The position numbers and the translations under genes were made by a program. The notes under the pieces were generated by a model. It was not told the DNA's origin. It ran no database searches and saw nothing but the letters and a program-made list of their open reading frames with translations. From the IMG/VR virus record IMGVR_UViG_3300025015_000009, positions 1 through 64,000 of that record: a DNA stretch of 64,000 nucleotides. One strand, written 5' to 3'. The number at the start of each line of letters is the position of its first letter. The stretch's first letter is position 1. This document shows, in pieces, positions 1 to 9,388 of the stretch. The stretch comes from a virus. Taxonomy: Duplodnaviria > Heunggongvirae > Uroviricota > Caudoviricetes.

Positions 1-34
1 ATCTTGGTTCCAGCTCATTTTATTTCTCCTTGTT

Positions 35-916
35 TTATGTTAGATAACGAATAATTACGATACCGGAGCCGCCGGTGCCGCCAGCAAAGCCTGGCGTACC
101 TCCACTGCCACCGCCGCCTCCGCCAGTATTTGCTGTACCCGCAGTACCCGCAGTTGTGCTAAAAATACCACCGTTTCCGCCACCTCCAAGACCGCCGTCG
201 CCGGGATTATTGCCATAAGCCGCCCTTCCACTTCCACCACCACCGCCGCCGTAATAAGTAGCTGAACCTGATATGGATGACAAAATACCTACACCACCAT
301 TGCCACCATAGGCACCATCTCCACTAGCAGCTTGTCCGACAGCCCCAGCGCCCCCACCTCCCCCGGCAGTAGCATCATCGCCAGCACCACCAGTTCCACC
401 GGAGTAACCTTGCCCACCTGTTCCACTACCGCTATTAGAACTTACCCCTGGCCCCCGCCCGCCGCCGCCGCCTGACCCACCGGGTCTCCCGCTAGAGTAA
501 TACCCGCCGCCGCCCCCGCCGCCGTTGGCTGTAATTGTAGAGAATGTAGAGTTGGTGCCATCACCACCAGGTCGCTCAGATGCTGGCGAACCGTCGTTAA
601 ATGAGGGAGCACCTCCAGCGCCAACAGTTATAGAATATGCTTGTGCTGTTACTGGAAAGCCTGTAGCAGCCCTAACTCCACCTGCTCCACCACCACCCGC
701 ACAAGTATCACCGCCAGCACCGCCACCTGCAACCACCAAATACTCAACATTCCCTGAACCGCTCGGAGTAAATGTTCCGCTCGAAGTAAACGTGTGGATC
801 GTGTAACCGCTGGCGTAGGTGATCGTGCCGCCTGTGGCAGAAAAAGCTACTCCGCCAGTAGCCAGAAGCATTTGCATTATCCCGCTCATGTTAGCCCCGT
901 GCCGCTGATAATCCAT
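35..916 (-). CDS. Glycine-rich (collagen-like) fibre-associated protein
   Basis: 293 aa, more than 50% Gly with GGxGG runs. Same strand as the downstream tail-fibre genes and overlaps their start. Confidence 0.4.
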   Translation of the reverse strand: MDYQRHGANMSGIMQMLLATGGVAFSATGGTITYASGYTIHTFTSSGTFTPSGSGNVEYLVVAGGGAGGDTCAGGGGAGGVRAATGFPVTAQAYSITVGAGGAPSFNDGSPASERPGGDGTNSTFSTITANGGGGGGGYYSSGRPGGSGGGGGRGPGVSSNSGSGTGGQGYSGGTGGAGDDATAGGGGGAGAVGQAASGDGAYGGNGGVGILSSISGSATYYGGGGGGSGRAAYGNNPGDGGLGGGGNGGIFSTTAGTAGTANTGGGGGGSGGTPGFAGGTGGSGIVIIRYLT

Positions 917-2067
917 TCTGTGCTTGTAACTTTAAGCGCAGTAGCCACCCCGTTCGCAGCAAGTGTCCTGCTGCCGGTAGTTCCGGCGCCAGCAAGGCGC
1001 ATCGTGTCAGTTGTGATAGCTATGGTGATTACGCCCCCTGCGTTCTGATTTACGAACGAGACCACCGAACCTATCGAGAATGCGACCGTGGTATTTGCCG
1101 GGATTGTGAACGTCCGCGCCGTTGTATCGGCAGATGGATGCAGGATGTGTTTGCCTGCGTCAGTCAATGCCAGGGTGTAGTTTGCCGATTGCGGATTTTG
1201 CAGAACGCCGAGGTAGGCGGCATCCGACACCGCCGTCCCATCAGCTTTCCTGACAAACACCCGATAGGTACTCGTGCTCTTGGCAACAAACGTCCAAACC
1301 TCACCAGCAGCAGAAGTCCGTGTCGCTGCGCCGTCAATATCGAAGGTAGCACCCTGCGTAAGTATCGTGCCAGTCAAGGGATAGAAATCACGGCTTGCAC
1401 CTGCTTGTGGTGCGTTGGCTATCGCTGTGATTGTTACCACTGCACCTGTGCCGTCCAGTACGTTACCGACCGCAGCAGCCCAGAAGTCCATCGTCGTGGC
1501 GTGTTGGGTGACATTGCTGCGAGCTGTGTTGATGCCACCTGTGAAGGTTTGACTGCCGGTGAAGGTGTTGGCACCGAGGATGGCAAGTGAGCTACTCGCA
1601 TCAGGTAACGTATAGGTCTTTTCTGTTGTTGTCGGGCCACTAAACTTAACAAATCCGTTGCCGGTGCCGCCATATGTTGACGCAATAATCTGAGTGAGCG
1701 AGTTAGATCCATCGAATGCGTTACCGTATATCGTTCTAGCAGTAGTTAACGTCGCGGCCGACCCTGTGATGGATCCATCGGCAAACGCAAGAGAATGGAC
1801 AGCCGTGCCATTATGGAACTTTAGAACCCCACCTTCGTTGTAGACATCCCCTGAAATTGGTGTGTTCCCAGATCCAGCAGGAATTAACAATGACCCACTA
1901 ACAGTGGCCGATACTGCTGGAGCGGTTATTTTCTTGGTTGCATTTAGCTGGCCGTTTATCGTAACGGCAGTTGATGTTACCGTGGCGATGTTTATGCTAT
2001 CTACTTCGATAACAAGTTCTGTTGTAGTGTATATTCTGTTAGAACTGTGATGGAACCCAATTGACAT
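886..2067 (-). CDS. Tail fibre protein (distal/receptor-binding type)
   Basis: Thr/Gly/Ala-rich. Contains IYGNAFDGSNSLTQIIASTYGGTGNGFVKFSGPTTTEKTYTLPDASSS, the same module repeated in the 53299..56847 protein. Confidence 0.6.
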   Translation of the reverse strand: MSIGFHHSSNRIYTTTELVIEVDSINIATVTSTAVTINGQLNATKKITAPAVSATVSGSLLIPAGSGNTPISGDVYNEGGVLKFHNGTAVHSLAFADGSITGSAATLTTARTIYGNAFDGSNSLTQIIASTYGGTGNGFVKFSGPTTTEKTYTLPDASSSLAILGANTFTGSQTFTGGINTARSNVTQHATTMDFWAAAVGNVLDGTGAVVTITAIANAPQAGASRDFYPLTGTILTQGATFDIDGAATRTSAAGEVWTFVAKSTSTYRVFVRKADGTAVSDAAYLGVLQNPQSANYTLALTDAGKHILHPSADTTARTFTIPANTTVAFSIGSVVSFVNQNAGGVITIAITTDTMRLAGAGTTGSRTLAANGVATALKVTSTEWIISGTGLT

Positions 2068-2070
2068 TTT

Positions 2071-2226
2071 ATATTTTCCATTCCTGGTGTTGTGCTATTC
2101 CTGCAAGAACTAGTGCTTCTTTAAGTTCGTTTACAGTTACCATCGCTGGTGTATTGTCTGCTAAGATCCATTCGACCTCAGCATTGCCCGAGTAAGTTAA
2201 TACATCGATTACTTTATTTATCATAG
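2071..2226 (-). CDS. Small hypothetical protein between fibre genes (possible fibre chaperone)
   Basis: 51-aa ORF MINKVIDVLTYSGNAEVEW... from hand translation. Not in the ORF track because it is under 60 aa. Confidence 0.25.
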
Positions 2227-2234
2227 ATTAAAGG

Positions 2235-5198
2235 TTACGCATACGTAACATCGACTGTTGACACAATCGACGTCCACTTTATGTTTGTTGCTGCTTTCCC
2301 TGTTACCATTACGCTGATGCCGCCGTTTACAGTGTCTGATATTACGTTGCAGTCCAATGCAAAATCCGTTTCGAATAATTCCACCTTCGCTACACCTAAA
2401 ATAGTTGTTGATGCTGCATCGACACCGCGACGAAGCACTCCTGTAAAAAGGTAGCCCGCCGCAATACTACCCTCGCTTGCCTTCTGCATCGCAACCACTT
2501 GTACTCTAAAGTTAGAAGCAGAATAGTTTGGTAGAACAGGTTGTCCTGGGATCGCAGTTGGTGTAGCATCGGTTGTGGTTACTGTCAACGACGCGGTGCC
2601 CAATGATAATGTTCCGTTTGCGAACGACAACCCCTCACCAATTGTAATTGGTGCCCAACTCGACAACCTACCTTGTGTGTCGACTGTGATAGACTGTAAT
2701 GTTGTACCAGTCCCAGGGTTAGAAACAGTTGTAAGTGCCGCGACGTTTCCACCTAATGTAATACTAGCTGATCCGTTTAGTGTGTTTGTTCCACCGAACT
2801 GAGAGAACGATATTGCATTGGTTCCAACGACTCCCCCGGCTGTTGCGGTACAAGCCCAACTTGTTGTTCCGTTTGTTGTCCCAGATTCAACCCAACAAAA
2901 GGCGCCAGGCATTTCGACCCAACTGTTAAAGTCGGTTGCACGAGTCAACACAAATGCAGTTCCACCATCACCTAAGGTGGTCACTGTATAGATTCCGTTG
3001 TATGCAATCTTTACGTCAACCTCGTTCTTAATCAATACTCTCGAGTTTAATACAACTGATATGTTGTCAATTACTAACGCCCCTGGGGCAGATGCAGTTA
3101 TTGTTGCTCCTACTCCGTTGGTTCCGTTGTTATATGTGTATGTTGGTAACCCAACGGTAGTTGCTGCAACAACAGAACTTTTTGCGTCCATACCAAGCGC
3201 GACCGTGTCAACGTACCGTTTTGTTACGGCGTGCATATCCAATGTTGGGTCCACCGCTAATGTGACAGTTTTATTTGCAGCAACAGTAACATCGCCGTTC
3301 AACGATACTGCTCCGGTACCAGTTTTAAATACCCCAGACGACAGTGATTGATCGTATGCATATGCCCCAGCGGCAAAAGTAAGCCCCTGCAGACCACCTA
3401 ACGACAACGATGCGGCACCTAATGCAGTTGATGTTGTTCCGATGGTAATAGTCGAGTTCGATAGTGCTACATTCGGAATGGCAGTAAACCCTGTTCCTAT
3501 AGACCCTGCGGTTAGTGCTCCGACTGTTACAATTGAAGATTGCCCTGCGTATGTTGCAGCAATATCGATGCTATTTGTTGCAACTGATATTCGGTCAGCA
3601 GTCCCAACAACATCTAATAGGTTACCAGTCTTTATTAGTCCGTTACCAGCAAGAATTGATGTTGCAGCACTAAATTGTGTGTACGTAATTGCAGTAACAT
3701 CGATTGTTCCGCCGCCTGCAACTGTTGATATCCACCCGGTGTCAGCTTGGGTGTCACCTAGTTCTACCCAAACGTATGCGTTATGTATCTCAGTCCAGGT
3801 GTCTGAATCTGTTGCCCTCAACCAGGTACCAACTTGGGCAACATATATGCCGTTTTGAGATGCAGTAGCTTGGTTCTTAACCAATACTCGGTTGCCAGCG
3901 ATTACTGTTACTCCGTCTATTGTTGGTAAATCAGCAAGTGCAGCGATATCTGCTGTTGTTGCGACCTTCGCTGATGCTAGTATATCTAGTCCAACAACGG
4001 CGTTGTCGACATACTGTTTTGTAGCTGAATGAAACGGCAACGTAGGATCAGCTGATAACGTTAACGTCTTACCTGACCCAATCGTAGTATCTCCGTTTAA
4101 AGAAACCGCACCTGATCCAGTTGTAAATGAGCCAGTGCCGTTTTGTGTAAACGTGTTATTTGCTGCTACAGTGACGTTCCCGTTCAACGAGACTGCCCCA
4201 GTTCCAGTACTAAAAGCTGTTGCTCCAGTCTGGGTTATACTAGAGACTACGTTGCCGTTTAAACTAATATTGCCTGTTCCTGTAGCAAACGTGCCTGTTC
4301 CGGTGCCAGCAAACGAAGTTGCAGTTACTAATCCTGTTACAGGGTTAAATGTTAACACCGAAGACGACACTTTAACAGCGTTATTTCCAGTTGATGAGTC
4401 TACCCATGTTATGTATTTGGTTGCATCTGTAGCAACATCGTTTGTAACAGTCGCCGCGGATGCCACACTCGCTGTCCCTGACAATGACGCAGTGATCGTT
4501 GATGCTGAGAAGTTCCCGCTTGGGTCACGAGCAACAACTTTAGATCCGGTGTTTGCGTCGGTTGCGTCAACCGCCCATGTTGTTGTGGCAGCTCCTGTGA
4601 AGTTGTTCCCGGTTAAATATTGACCTCTGGTCAGTGTACTAGAAACGCTTGTTGCTACTCCGTATACTCGGGCAACTGTTAGATCTTTGTTAAGATTCCA
4701 TCTGTCGTCAGCGGAAGTATATAATATTGTTGCGTTAGCACCTTCTAGTGTGATGCCACCGCCGTTTGCTGCGGCAGCACTCACTGCACCGTTCGCTAAT
4801 ATGATGTTCTTATCTGCTATCTCTAAATCTGTTGTGTTGATTGTTGTCAGCGTACCATTGACAGTCAAGTGACCGTATATGTTTAAGTTGCCACCGATAG
4901 TAGTATCTTGTGTTACACCTAATCCACCGACTACAATTAACGCACCCGTAGTTGGTGTCGTAGAATTAATCGTGTCGTTACCGATTGTTATGGCTGCGGT
5001 AGTGTTAAATGCAACTGATCCAGACACTGTTAACGCATCGACTGCTAACGTAGCAATGGTAGCGTTAGGAAAAACAGCGGCAGTTAATAGTGCCTCTAAG
5101 TAAAGGACATTCGCGTTAATAGTGGTAAATGCAACACGTAACGGGTCACCTAGACCGTCATTCGGGAATTCGCCTGTGTAAACTGGTAGTATTGGCAT
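2235..5198 (-). CDS. Large tail fibre / long fibre structural protein
   Basis: 987 aa, beta-rich Thr/Asn/Gly composition. Internal repeats FxTGTGAVSLNGDVTV (four copies) and two TK(Q/R)YVD motifs typical of phage fibre proteins. Confidence 0.65.
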   Translation of the reverse strand: MPILPVYTGEFPNDGLGDPLRVAFTTINANVLYLEALLTAAVFPNATIATLAVDALTVSGSVAFNTTAAITIGNDTINSTTPTTGALIVVGGLGVTQDTTIGGNLNIYGHLTVNGTLTTINTTDLEIADKNIILANGAVSAAAANGGGITLEGANATILYTSADDRWNLNKDLTVARVYGVATSVSSTLTRGQYLTGNNFTGAATTTWAVDATDANTGSKVVARDPSGNFSASTITASLSGTASVASAATVTNDVATDATKYITWVDSSTGNNAVKVSSSVLTFNPVTGLVTATSFAGTGTGTFATGTGNISLNGNVVSSITQTGATAFSTGTGAVSLNGNVTVAANNTFTQNGTGSFTTGSGAVSLNGDTTIGSGKTLTLSADPTLPFHSATKQYVDNAVVGLDILASAKVATTADIAALADLPTIDGVTVIAGNRVLVKNQATASQNGIYVAQVGTWLRATDSDTWTEIHNAYVWVELGDTQADTGWISTVAGGGTIDVTAITYTQFSAATSILAGNGLIKTGNLLDVVGTADRISVATNSIDIAATYAGQSSIVTVGALTAGSIGTGFTAIPNVALSNSTITIGTTSTALGAASLSLGGLQGLTFAAGAYAYDQSLSSGVFKTGTGAVSLNGDVTVAANKTVTLAVDPTLDMHAVTKRYVDTVALGMDAKSSVVAATTVGLPTYTYNNGTNGVGATITASAPGALVIDNISVVLNSRVLIKNEVDVKIAYNGIYTVTTLGDGGTAFVLTRATDFNSWVEMPGAFCWVESGTTNGTTSWACTATAGGVVGTNAISFSQFGGTNTLNGSASITLGGNVAALTTVSNPGTGTTLQSITVDTQGRLSSWAPITIGEGLSFANGTLSLGTASLTVTTTDATPTAIPGQPVLPNYSASNFRVQVVAMQKASEGSIAAGYLFTGVLRRGVDAASTTILGVAKVELFETDFALDCNVISDTVNGGISVMVTGKAATNIKWTSIVSTVDVTYA

Positions 5199-5258
5199 AT
5201 TGTGTTCGTATCCTTGTTTTAATATTTATCAAGAACAAGATATTACAAAATGCAGCCA

Positions 5259-5290
5259 TAAAAAAAGGCAACACGTATGTTGCCTTTAAT
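5259..5290. terminator. Rho-independent terminator (bidirectional hairpin)
   Basis: aaaaaaAGGCAACacgtatGTTGCCTtt: a 7-bp perfect stem flanked by an A-run and a T-run, just downstream of the infA-like gene. Confidence 0.6.
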
Positions 5291-5312
5291 AGTAGAACAG
5301 TTATAGTTATTA

Positions 5313-5534
5313 TTATTTACTTCGGTATATGATTCTGCCTTTGGTTAGATCGTATTGAGATATCTCAACGTCGACTGTGTCACCCAAACATATGTTGATA
5401 TGATTCATTCTCATCTTACCACCGATGTAAGCGAGAATAGGATCTGGTATTTCTGCTACTTTGACTCGGAATGTTGCATTTGGTAGCAACTCGTTTACTA
5501 CACCGACTAACCGTAATAGTTCTTCTTTGGCCAC
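5313..5534 (-). CDS. infA: Translation initiation factor IF-1 homologue
   Basis: The 73-aa sequence aligns along its whole length with bacterial IF-1 (MAKE..G.V.E.LPN..FRV......I.GKMR.N.I....GD.V.VE...YDL.KGRI..RS). S1-like OB fold. Confidence 0.8.
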   Translation of the reverse strand: MAKEELLRLVGVVNELLPNATFRVKVAEIPDPILAYIGGKMRMNHINICLGDTVDVEISQYDLTKGRIIYRSK

Positions 5535-5537
5535 GAG

Positions 5538-6092
5538 TTACTGCACTCCTTTGCTTGGACGTGCTACATCGCCGGCTGCTTTCCGGGATCGAGGTCGACG
5601 CGGTTTCTTCTTAGTAGCGGGCTGTGCGGCAGTCGAGTTGTCCGATGCTACTTTCTCACGAACACCGTTAGTCTGAGCAGGAGTTGGCTTAGGTGGAACT
5701 TTCTTTGTTGGTTTCACGCTGTCTATTCCGTCTAGAATAGCATGAGCAACATTTGTTGCTTGTTGTTGGCCCAGTAAGAAATCCATCTCTTGCTCGATGT
5801 ACCCTTTAACCAAGACATCATATGCCAATGCTATCCTGTTAAGAACACCGTTAGCGAATAACGCAAATGGTGCAGTCCAACTAATGTAGTTCACTGGAAC
5901 TCGTTGTTTCCAGTATGCAGTCGTAACCGTTACTCCGAAGGTAACACCTATTAGATCACCAGTGCGCTCTATACACACGGTAGTATCGTGACCAGGTGAC
6001 GAACAATCACAGGCTGTCCTGTATAATAGAAAGTCGTCATACTGTTTCAGTACCATTACTCCATCAGCAGGAGTTTGCGCTTTAGTTTCCAT
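5538..6092 (-). CDS. Hypothetical protein with basic Lys/Arg/Pro-rich C-terminal tail
   Basis: 184-aa ORF. C-terminal KKKPRRPRSRK suggests nucleic-acid binding. Confidence 0.3.
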   Translation of the reverse strand: METKAQTPADGVMVLKQYDDFLLYRTACDCSSPGHDTTVCIERTGDLIGVTFGVTVTTAYWKQRVPVNYISWTAPFALFANGVLNRIALAYDVLVKGYIEQEMDFLLGQQQATNVAHAILDGIDSVKPTKKVPPKPTPAQTNGVREKVASDNSTAAQPATKKKPRRPRSRKAAGDVARPSKGVQ

Positions 6093-6099
6093 TTGTTCC

Positions 6100-6450
6100 T
6101 TATGTATTATTTACTATGTTCATCGGCACAACCGTCTGGTCTTCATCTTTTATTAACCATACCCGTTGCTTTGTTGCAAATACACGCCTAATGCCGTTTG
6201 CTATTTCGTCTACTGTTGTACCTTGACAGATAAAGTCTTTGGTAGTTGCGTTATACACCAGAAACGTGTGAATATTATCCAGTGCGAATTCTTCGATGAA
6301 CAATACCGGTTCATCAATTAACTTTTGTTCTCGAATGTCCGCAACAACTTGAGTCGTAACCTCAGTGCAGAAAGACGCAACTGCTTTCCATATTCTACTG
6401 AAGAGTGTACACAATACGATACTCATTACAAAATATAGCAAGAAGTCCAT
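6100..6450 (-). CDS. Hypothetical protein
   Basis: 116-aa ORF in a co-directional compact gene array. Confidence 0.3.
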   Translation of the reverse strand: MDFLLYFVMSIVLCTLFSRIWKAVASFCTEVTTQVVADIREQKLIDEPVLFIEEFALDNIHTFLVYNATTKDFICQGTTVDEIANGIRRVFATKQRVWLIKDEDQTVVPMNIVNNT

Positions 6451-6477
6451 GTTTTATTCCTCAGTCTGATGTACTAT

Positions 6478-6900
6478 TTATGTAATTGTAGCATCATTCT
6501 GATTAGAAGTCAACCAAAGTTTGTCTGTTTCTGGGTCATTTGACATATTATTGCCCGTTAACAATGGTAAGAAAAATGTACGTTTCTGTAGTCCACCAGA
6601 TGCTTCAGATATAAAGTCGAACAAACTACCTATGCAAAATGTAACAGAAGTTCGGTTCTGTTTGGTTATTTGGGCGTTTGGGTAGAACGGTTTGATCTGA
6701 AGTATAGCAAACGTAACAAATCCATGCCATCGGGTTTCCCATTGGGACCATTTGGTGCGATCGTCGGCCGTAAACCGGATGTAACGATTAAAGGCGCGAC
6801 AATACGTGTGGACCTTAACATCAAGCGCAGCACAATTTGCTTGTATCGTCTTAACCCTTGTATCCAGTGTCAGAGGCGGACGGTTTCTTTGTGACCGCAT
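6478..6900 (-). CDS. Hypothetical protein
   Basis: 140-aa ORF. Confidence 0.3.
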   Translation of the reverse strand: MRSQRNRPPLTLDTRVKTIQANCAALDVKVHTYCRAFNRYIRFTADDRTKWSQWETRWHGFVTFAILQIKPFYPNAQITKQNRTSVTFCIGSLFDFISEASGGLQKRTFFLPLLTGNNMSNDPETDKLWLTSNQNDATIT

Positions 6901-7256
6901 ATTTTTAGTAGAGTGAGGTATGTATCGTATGCTTCTTTAAGAGCGAGGTTGTTTCGTCGCAGTCTTTTTTCTTCTTCGACTTGACTCATTATTTGCTCAA
7001 ATACGCGCCTGGTCTCGCCGCCGAACATACTAGTTTCGTAAAATATACGATCAATTCGAGCTAACGCGTCAAGTTTACTCAGTGGGATTTCAACAACAAA
7101 TAACGGTTCGCTTGAAAAGTCACTGACCGTTGGACTACTTGAGCATTGATGGAACGTAGCATAGTGTGATCGTGTAACTGCTCGTTTACTCGAGCTGATC
7201 ACGTTAATTTGGTACTTATTCGTGAAGTTCGCCATTTGTTCGTGGTCAGTCATCAC
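6870..7256 (-). CDS. Hypothetical protein
   Basis: 128-aa ORF. Confidence 0.3.
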   Translation of the reverse strand: MMTDHEQMANFTNKYQINVISSSKRAVTRSHYATFHQCSSSPTVSDFSSEPLFVVEIPLSKLDALARIDRIFYETSMFGGETRRVFEQIMSQVEEEKRLRRNNLALKEAYDTYLTLLKICGHKETVRL

Positions 7257-7560
7257 AGTGATTTCCTATCATAGCCTCGAGGAGAGTGTATTGCTCGTAT
7301 GCGGCCTTAAGCGCAGCATACTTCTCTAACTTCTCGAGGTCAGGTTGCAAAATGAGCAACCTGCTATTCATCTTATCTAACATAGCCGACAAACTTTTTC
7401 CGCCGATCACAACGTCGGGCGCTGTTATTGCTCCGGAGAACGTTGTTGATCCAGCTGTTTGCATTGTTAATCCAGATCCAGCTGTTACTATATTACTAAT
7501 TACACCGAACGTCAGATTACTACCAACAGTTGTATTTGCCATATTTGCCATATTTGCCAT
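7246..7560 (-). CDS. Hypothetical protein (N-terminal MANMANMAN triplet repeat)
   Basis: 104-aa ORF. A 9-bp unit is repeated three times at the start codon region. Confidence 0.3.
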   Translation of the reverse strand: MANMANMANTTVGSNLTFGVISNIVTAGSGLTMQTAGSTTFSGAITAPDVVIGGKSLSAMLDKMNSRLLILQPDLEKLEKYAALKAAYEQYTLLEAMIGNHCDD

Positions 7561-7620
7561 AGTAGTTTACGAGTAAGATGTATTTTTATATGTAATAATA
7601 GCAAATGGTTGCATATTACA

Positions 7621-7650
7621 TATAAAAGTACACATTAATAATGTGTACTT
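7621..7650 (-). terminator. Rho-independent terminator
   Basis: Perfect inverted repeat AAGTACACATTA/TAATGTGTACTT followed on the minus strand by TTTTAT, downstream of 7656..7901. Confidence 0.55.
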
Positions 7651-7655
7651 CGTTG

Positions 7656-7901
7656 TTATGCGAACGCGCGGGAGCGTGATCCATACTCGTCTCTTGCTGA
7701 CACACTGTATGCAGTGCGACCAGCGTAGTTTTTGCGAGTTTTTACTTTAAGTCCAACTTGGCGAAACTCGGTCAGGCGAGCACGAAGATTCTTAATGCCG
7801 AAGGTTGCACTTGCTTGTGCTGAAGTAATCTCGCGACCAGTGCCACGTAGATGTTGTTCCAAAAACTCTTTTTGTGTTGTTGCGATTTTAATAAATGACA
7901 T
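7656..7901 (-). CDS. Small basic hypothetical protein (possible DNA-binding)
   Basis: 81 aa, Arg/Lys-rich. Confidence 0.3.
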   Translation of the reverse strand: MSFIKIATTQKEFLEQHLRGTGREITSAQASATFGIKNLRARLTEFRQVGLKVKTRKNYAGRTAYSVSARDEYGSRSRAFA

Positions 7902-8012
7902 GTGTTGTATCTCCTATGTGAATGCTATGTATGTAGCATTTGTATAATATAGCAAACGATGTTCACTATCTCAAGCAGTTTGGTGATGTGTCACGGTGGG
8001 TATATTACCGAT

Positions 8013-8222
8013 TTATACAACGATGTGTTCTGGTTCTGCCACCATACTAAACTTCCTGGTGTTCTTTTCGAGTAAAAACGATCCATCACCTTGATCAGTA
8101 AACAGTAAGGTATCTCCTTCCTTCCATCCCATCTTGCTTATCAGCTCTTCTGGGAAAGTTAGAATGGCACCCTCGGGATCGTTTGGATCTTCTTCGACTA
8201 CAGACGTATACACTTTTGACAT
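8013..8222 (-). CDS. AbrB/MazE-like (SpoVT-AbrB fold) small protein
   Basis: 69 aa. The segment ...ISKMGWKEGDTLLFTDQGDGSFLLEK resembles a looped-hinge-helix swapped-hairpin domain. Confidence 0.35.
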   Translation of the reverse strand: MSKVYTSVVEEDPNDPEGAILTFPEELISKMGWKEGDTLLFTDQGDGSFLLEKNTRKFSMVAEPEHIVV

Positions 8223-8277
8223 GATTGCTCCTTAAAGTAAAAGTATAAGGTTATTTGCAACCAGTGTCAACTTGTTG

Positions 8278-9018
8278 CTATTCGATTGTCAATGATTTGT
8301 CTACTGCTTCGCGCCGAGCAGTATATAGCTTGCTTATATACCCTTCATTGCGGAGTACTTTGAACGCCAGATTCTCTGTTGAGAACTCGCCGTGTTCAGC
8401 CAATCCCGACTTCCGCATTTTCCGAATTTTTTCAGTTAGCGTCGTGTATGCACTAACATCATCTGAGTTCGAATCTACCAGCGTGTCGATTGTTAGCATT
8501 AGATCTAGGACTTTTGCCTCTATTGCGGCATCGTTTATTGATGGTTTGTGGTACGATGGAACTCGTAACCATTCGTTGTTTAGTAAACTAAAAACACCTT
8601 GAGAGATAGGGGGTGTGGCAGTGTCTTCAACGTACAATTCTACTGTATACCCTTTTATCTGAATGTTGTGTGCTGTGTTCCACACTTCCTTTTTTGCAGT
8701 AAAAAGCTCAACCGTTACGTCTTTTTGTGCAATTTTATCGTAATCAACTATTACGTGAATGTCGAAGTCACTAAATTCAGTCCAGTTGTAGTTTGCATTA
8801 GAACCAGTTAGAACAATATCCGTCACCTCAAGGTTGGGTAAGTTCAGGAACTCAATGAACGCATCTGCGATATCCAGCAGTGTTTCTCTGACATGTTGCC
8901 GTAACGTATTCTTCTCCCATGCAATTGGGTTGAGAGTGTTGCTGTACTTAACATTCTTATCTAATAGGATCGATTCGTCGACGTTATATATTTCGTTCAT
9001 GCAAATATTTATGCACAC
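8278..9018 (-). CDS. Nucleotidyltransferase-fold protein (Pol-beta superfamily)
   Basis: LTGSNANYNWTEFSDFDIHV matches the hG[GS]x(9-13)DxD signature of minimal nucleotidyltransferases. It carries a C-terminal extension. Confidence 0.4.
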   Translation of the reverse strand: MCINICMNEIYNVDESILLDKNVKYSNTLNPIAWEKNTLRQHVRETLLDIADAFIEFLNLPNLEVTDIVLTGSNANYNWTEFSDFDIHVIVDYDKIAQKDVTVELFTAKKEVWNTAHNIQIKGYTVELYVEDTATPPISQGVFSLLNNEWLRVPSYHKPSINDAAIEAKVLDLMLTIDTLVDSNSDDVSAYTTLTEKIRKMRKSGLAEHGEFSTENLAFKVLRNEGYISKLYTARREAVDKSLTIE

Positions 9019-9061
9019 TAGCCAGAACTAGTGTGCATAGTTAGAACCGATTTGCGAACGA

Positions 9062-9388
9062 TTAGGCGTCGACTGGATCTTCTGTTGCTGCTGGCGTTGT
9101 TACTTTCGCCTTTGTTTTTTTGGTTTTGGTAACGGGGACAGTCTTTGCACCGTTGTATTTCTCGTCTGCTTCTTCGATAGCACATCGCGCGCTGTCGATT
9201 GACATGAGCTCAGATGTCAAGAGATACTTAACGACATCTGTTTTTTCCATTGGGTTAGGAAGCTGAATCAGCTCAATGTTCTCATGCCCGTTCTTTATCA
9301 AGATCTTAACGCGAGTTAGATCGTTCGCGAATCGTACTTTTGTACCGTCTTTGTACGTCGAAACCCCTGCTACTGTAAACATATACAA
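9062..9388 (-). CDS. Hypothetical protein
   Basis: 108 aa. A TTGACA-17-TATACT promoter lies upstream at 9445..9480. Confidence 0.3.
   Translation of the reverse strand: MYMFTVAGVSTYKDGTKVRFANDLTRVKILIKNGHENIELIQLPNPMEKTDVVKYLLTSELMSIDSARCAIEEADEKYNGAKTVPVTKTKKTKAKVTTPAATEDPVDA

Noticed and set aside
525-1048. Plus-strand Pro/Ala-rich ORFs (525..806, 794..1048) opposite the glycine-rich gene
   Set aside because: They are the reverse-complement reading of a GGN-rich coding repeat (GGN on one strand reads as CCN/Pro on the other). They have no start context or SD.
2575-5103. Multiple plus-strand ORFs (2575..2802, 2998..3351, 3442..3858, 4135..4623, 4687..5103) inside the 2235..5198 fibre gene
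   Set aside because: They are fully embedded antisense to a long, repeat-rich structural gene. Their composition (Val/Pro/Ala-rich) is the mirror of Thr/Gly/Asn codons. They are shadow ORFs.
7536-7562. ATGGCAAAT x3 tandem repeat as a regulatory repeat
   Set aside because: It lies at the start of a CDS and encodes MANMANMAN. It is most simply a short in-frame coding repeat.
8461-8490. tRNA-like T-loop string gagttcgaatcta...cca
   Set aside because: It lies inside a well-supported CDS. No complementary acceptor stem or anticodon arm is evident.
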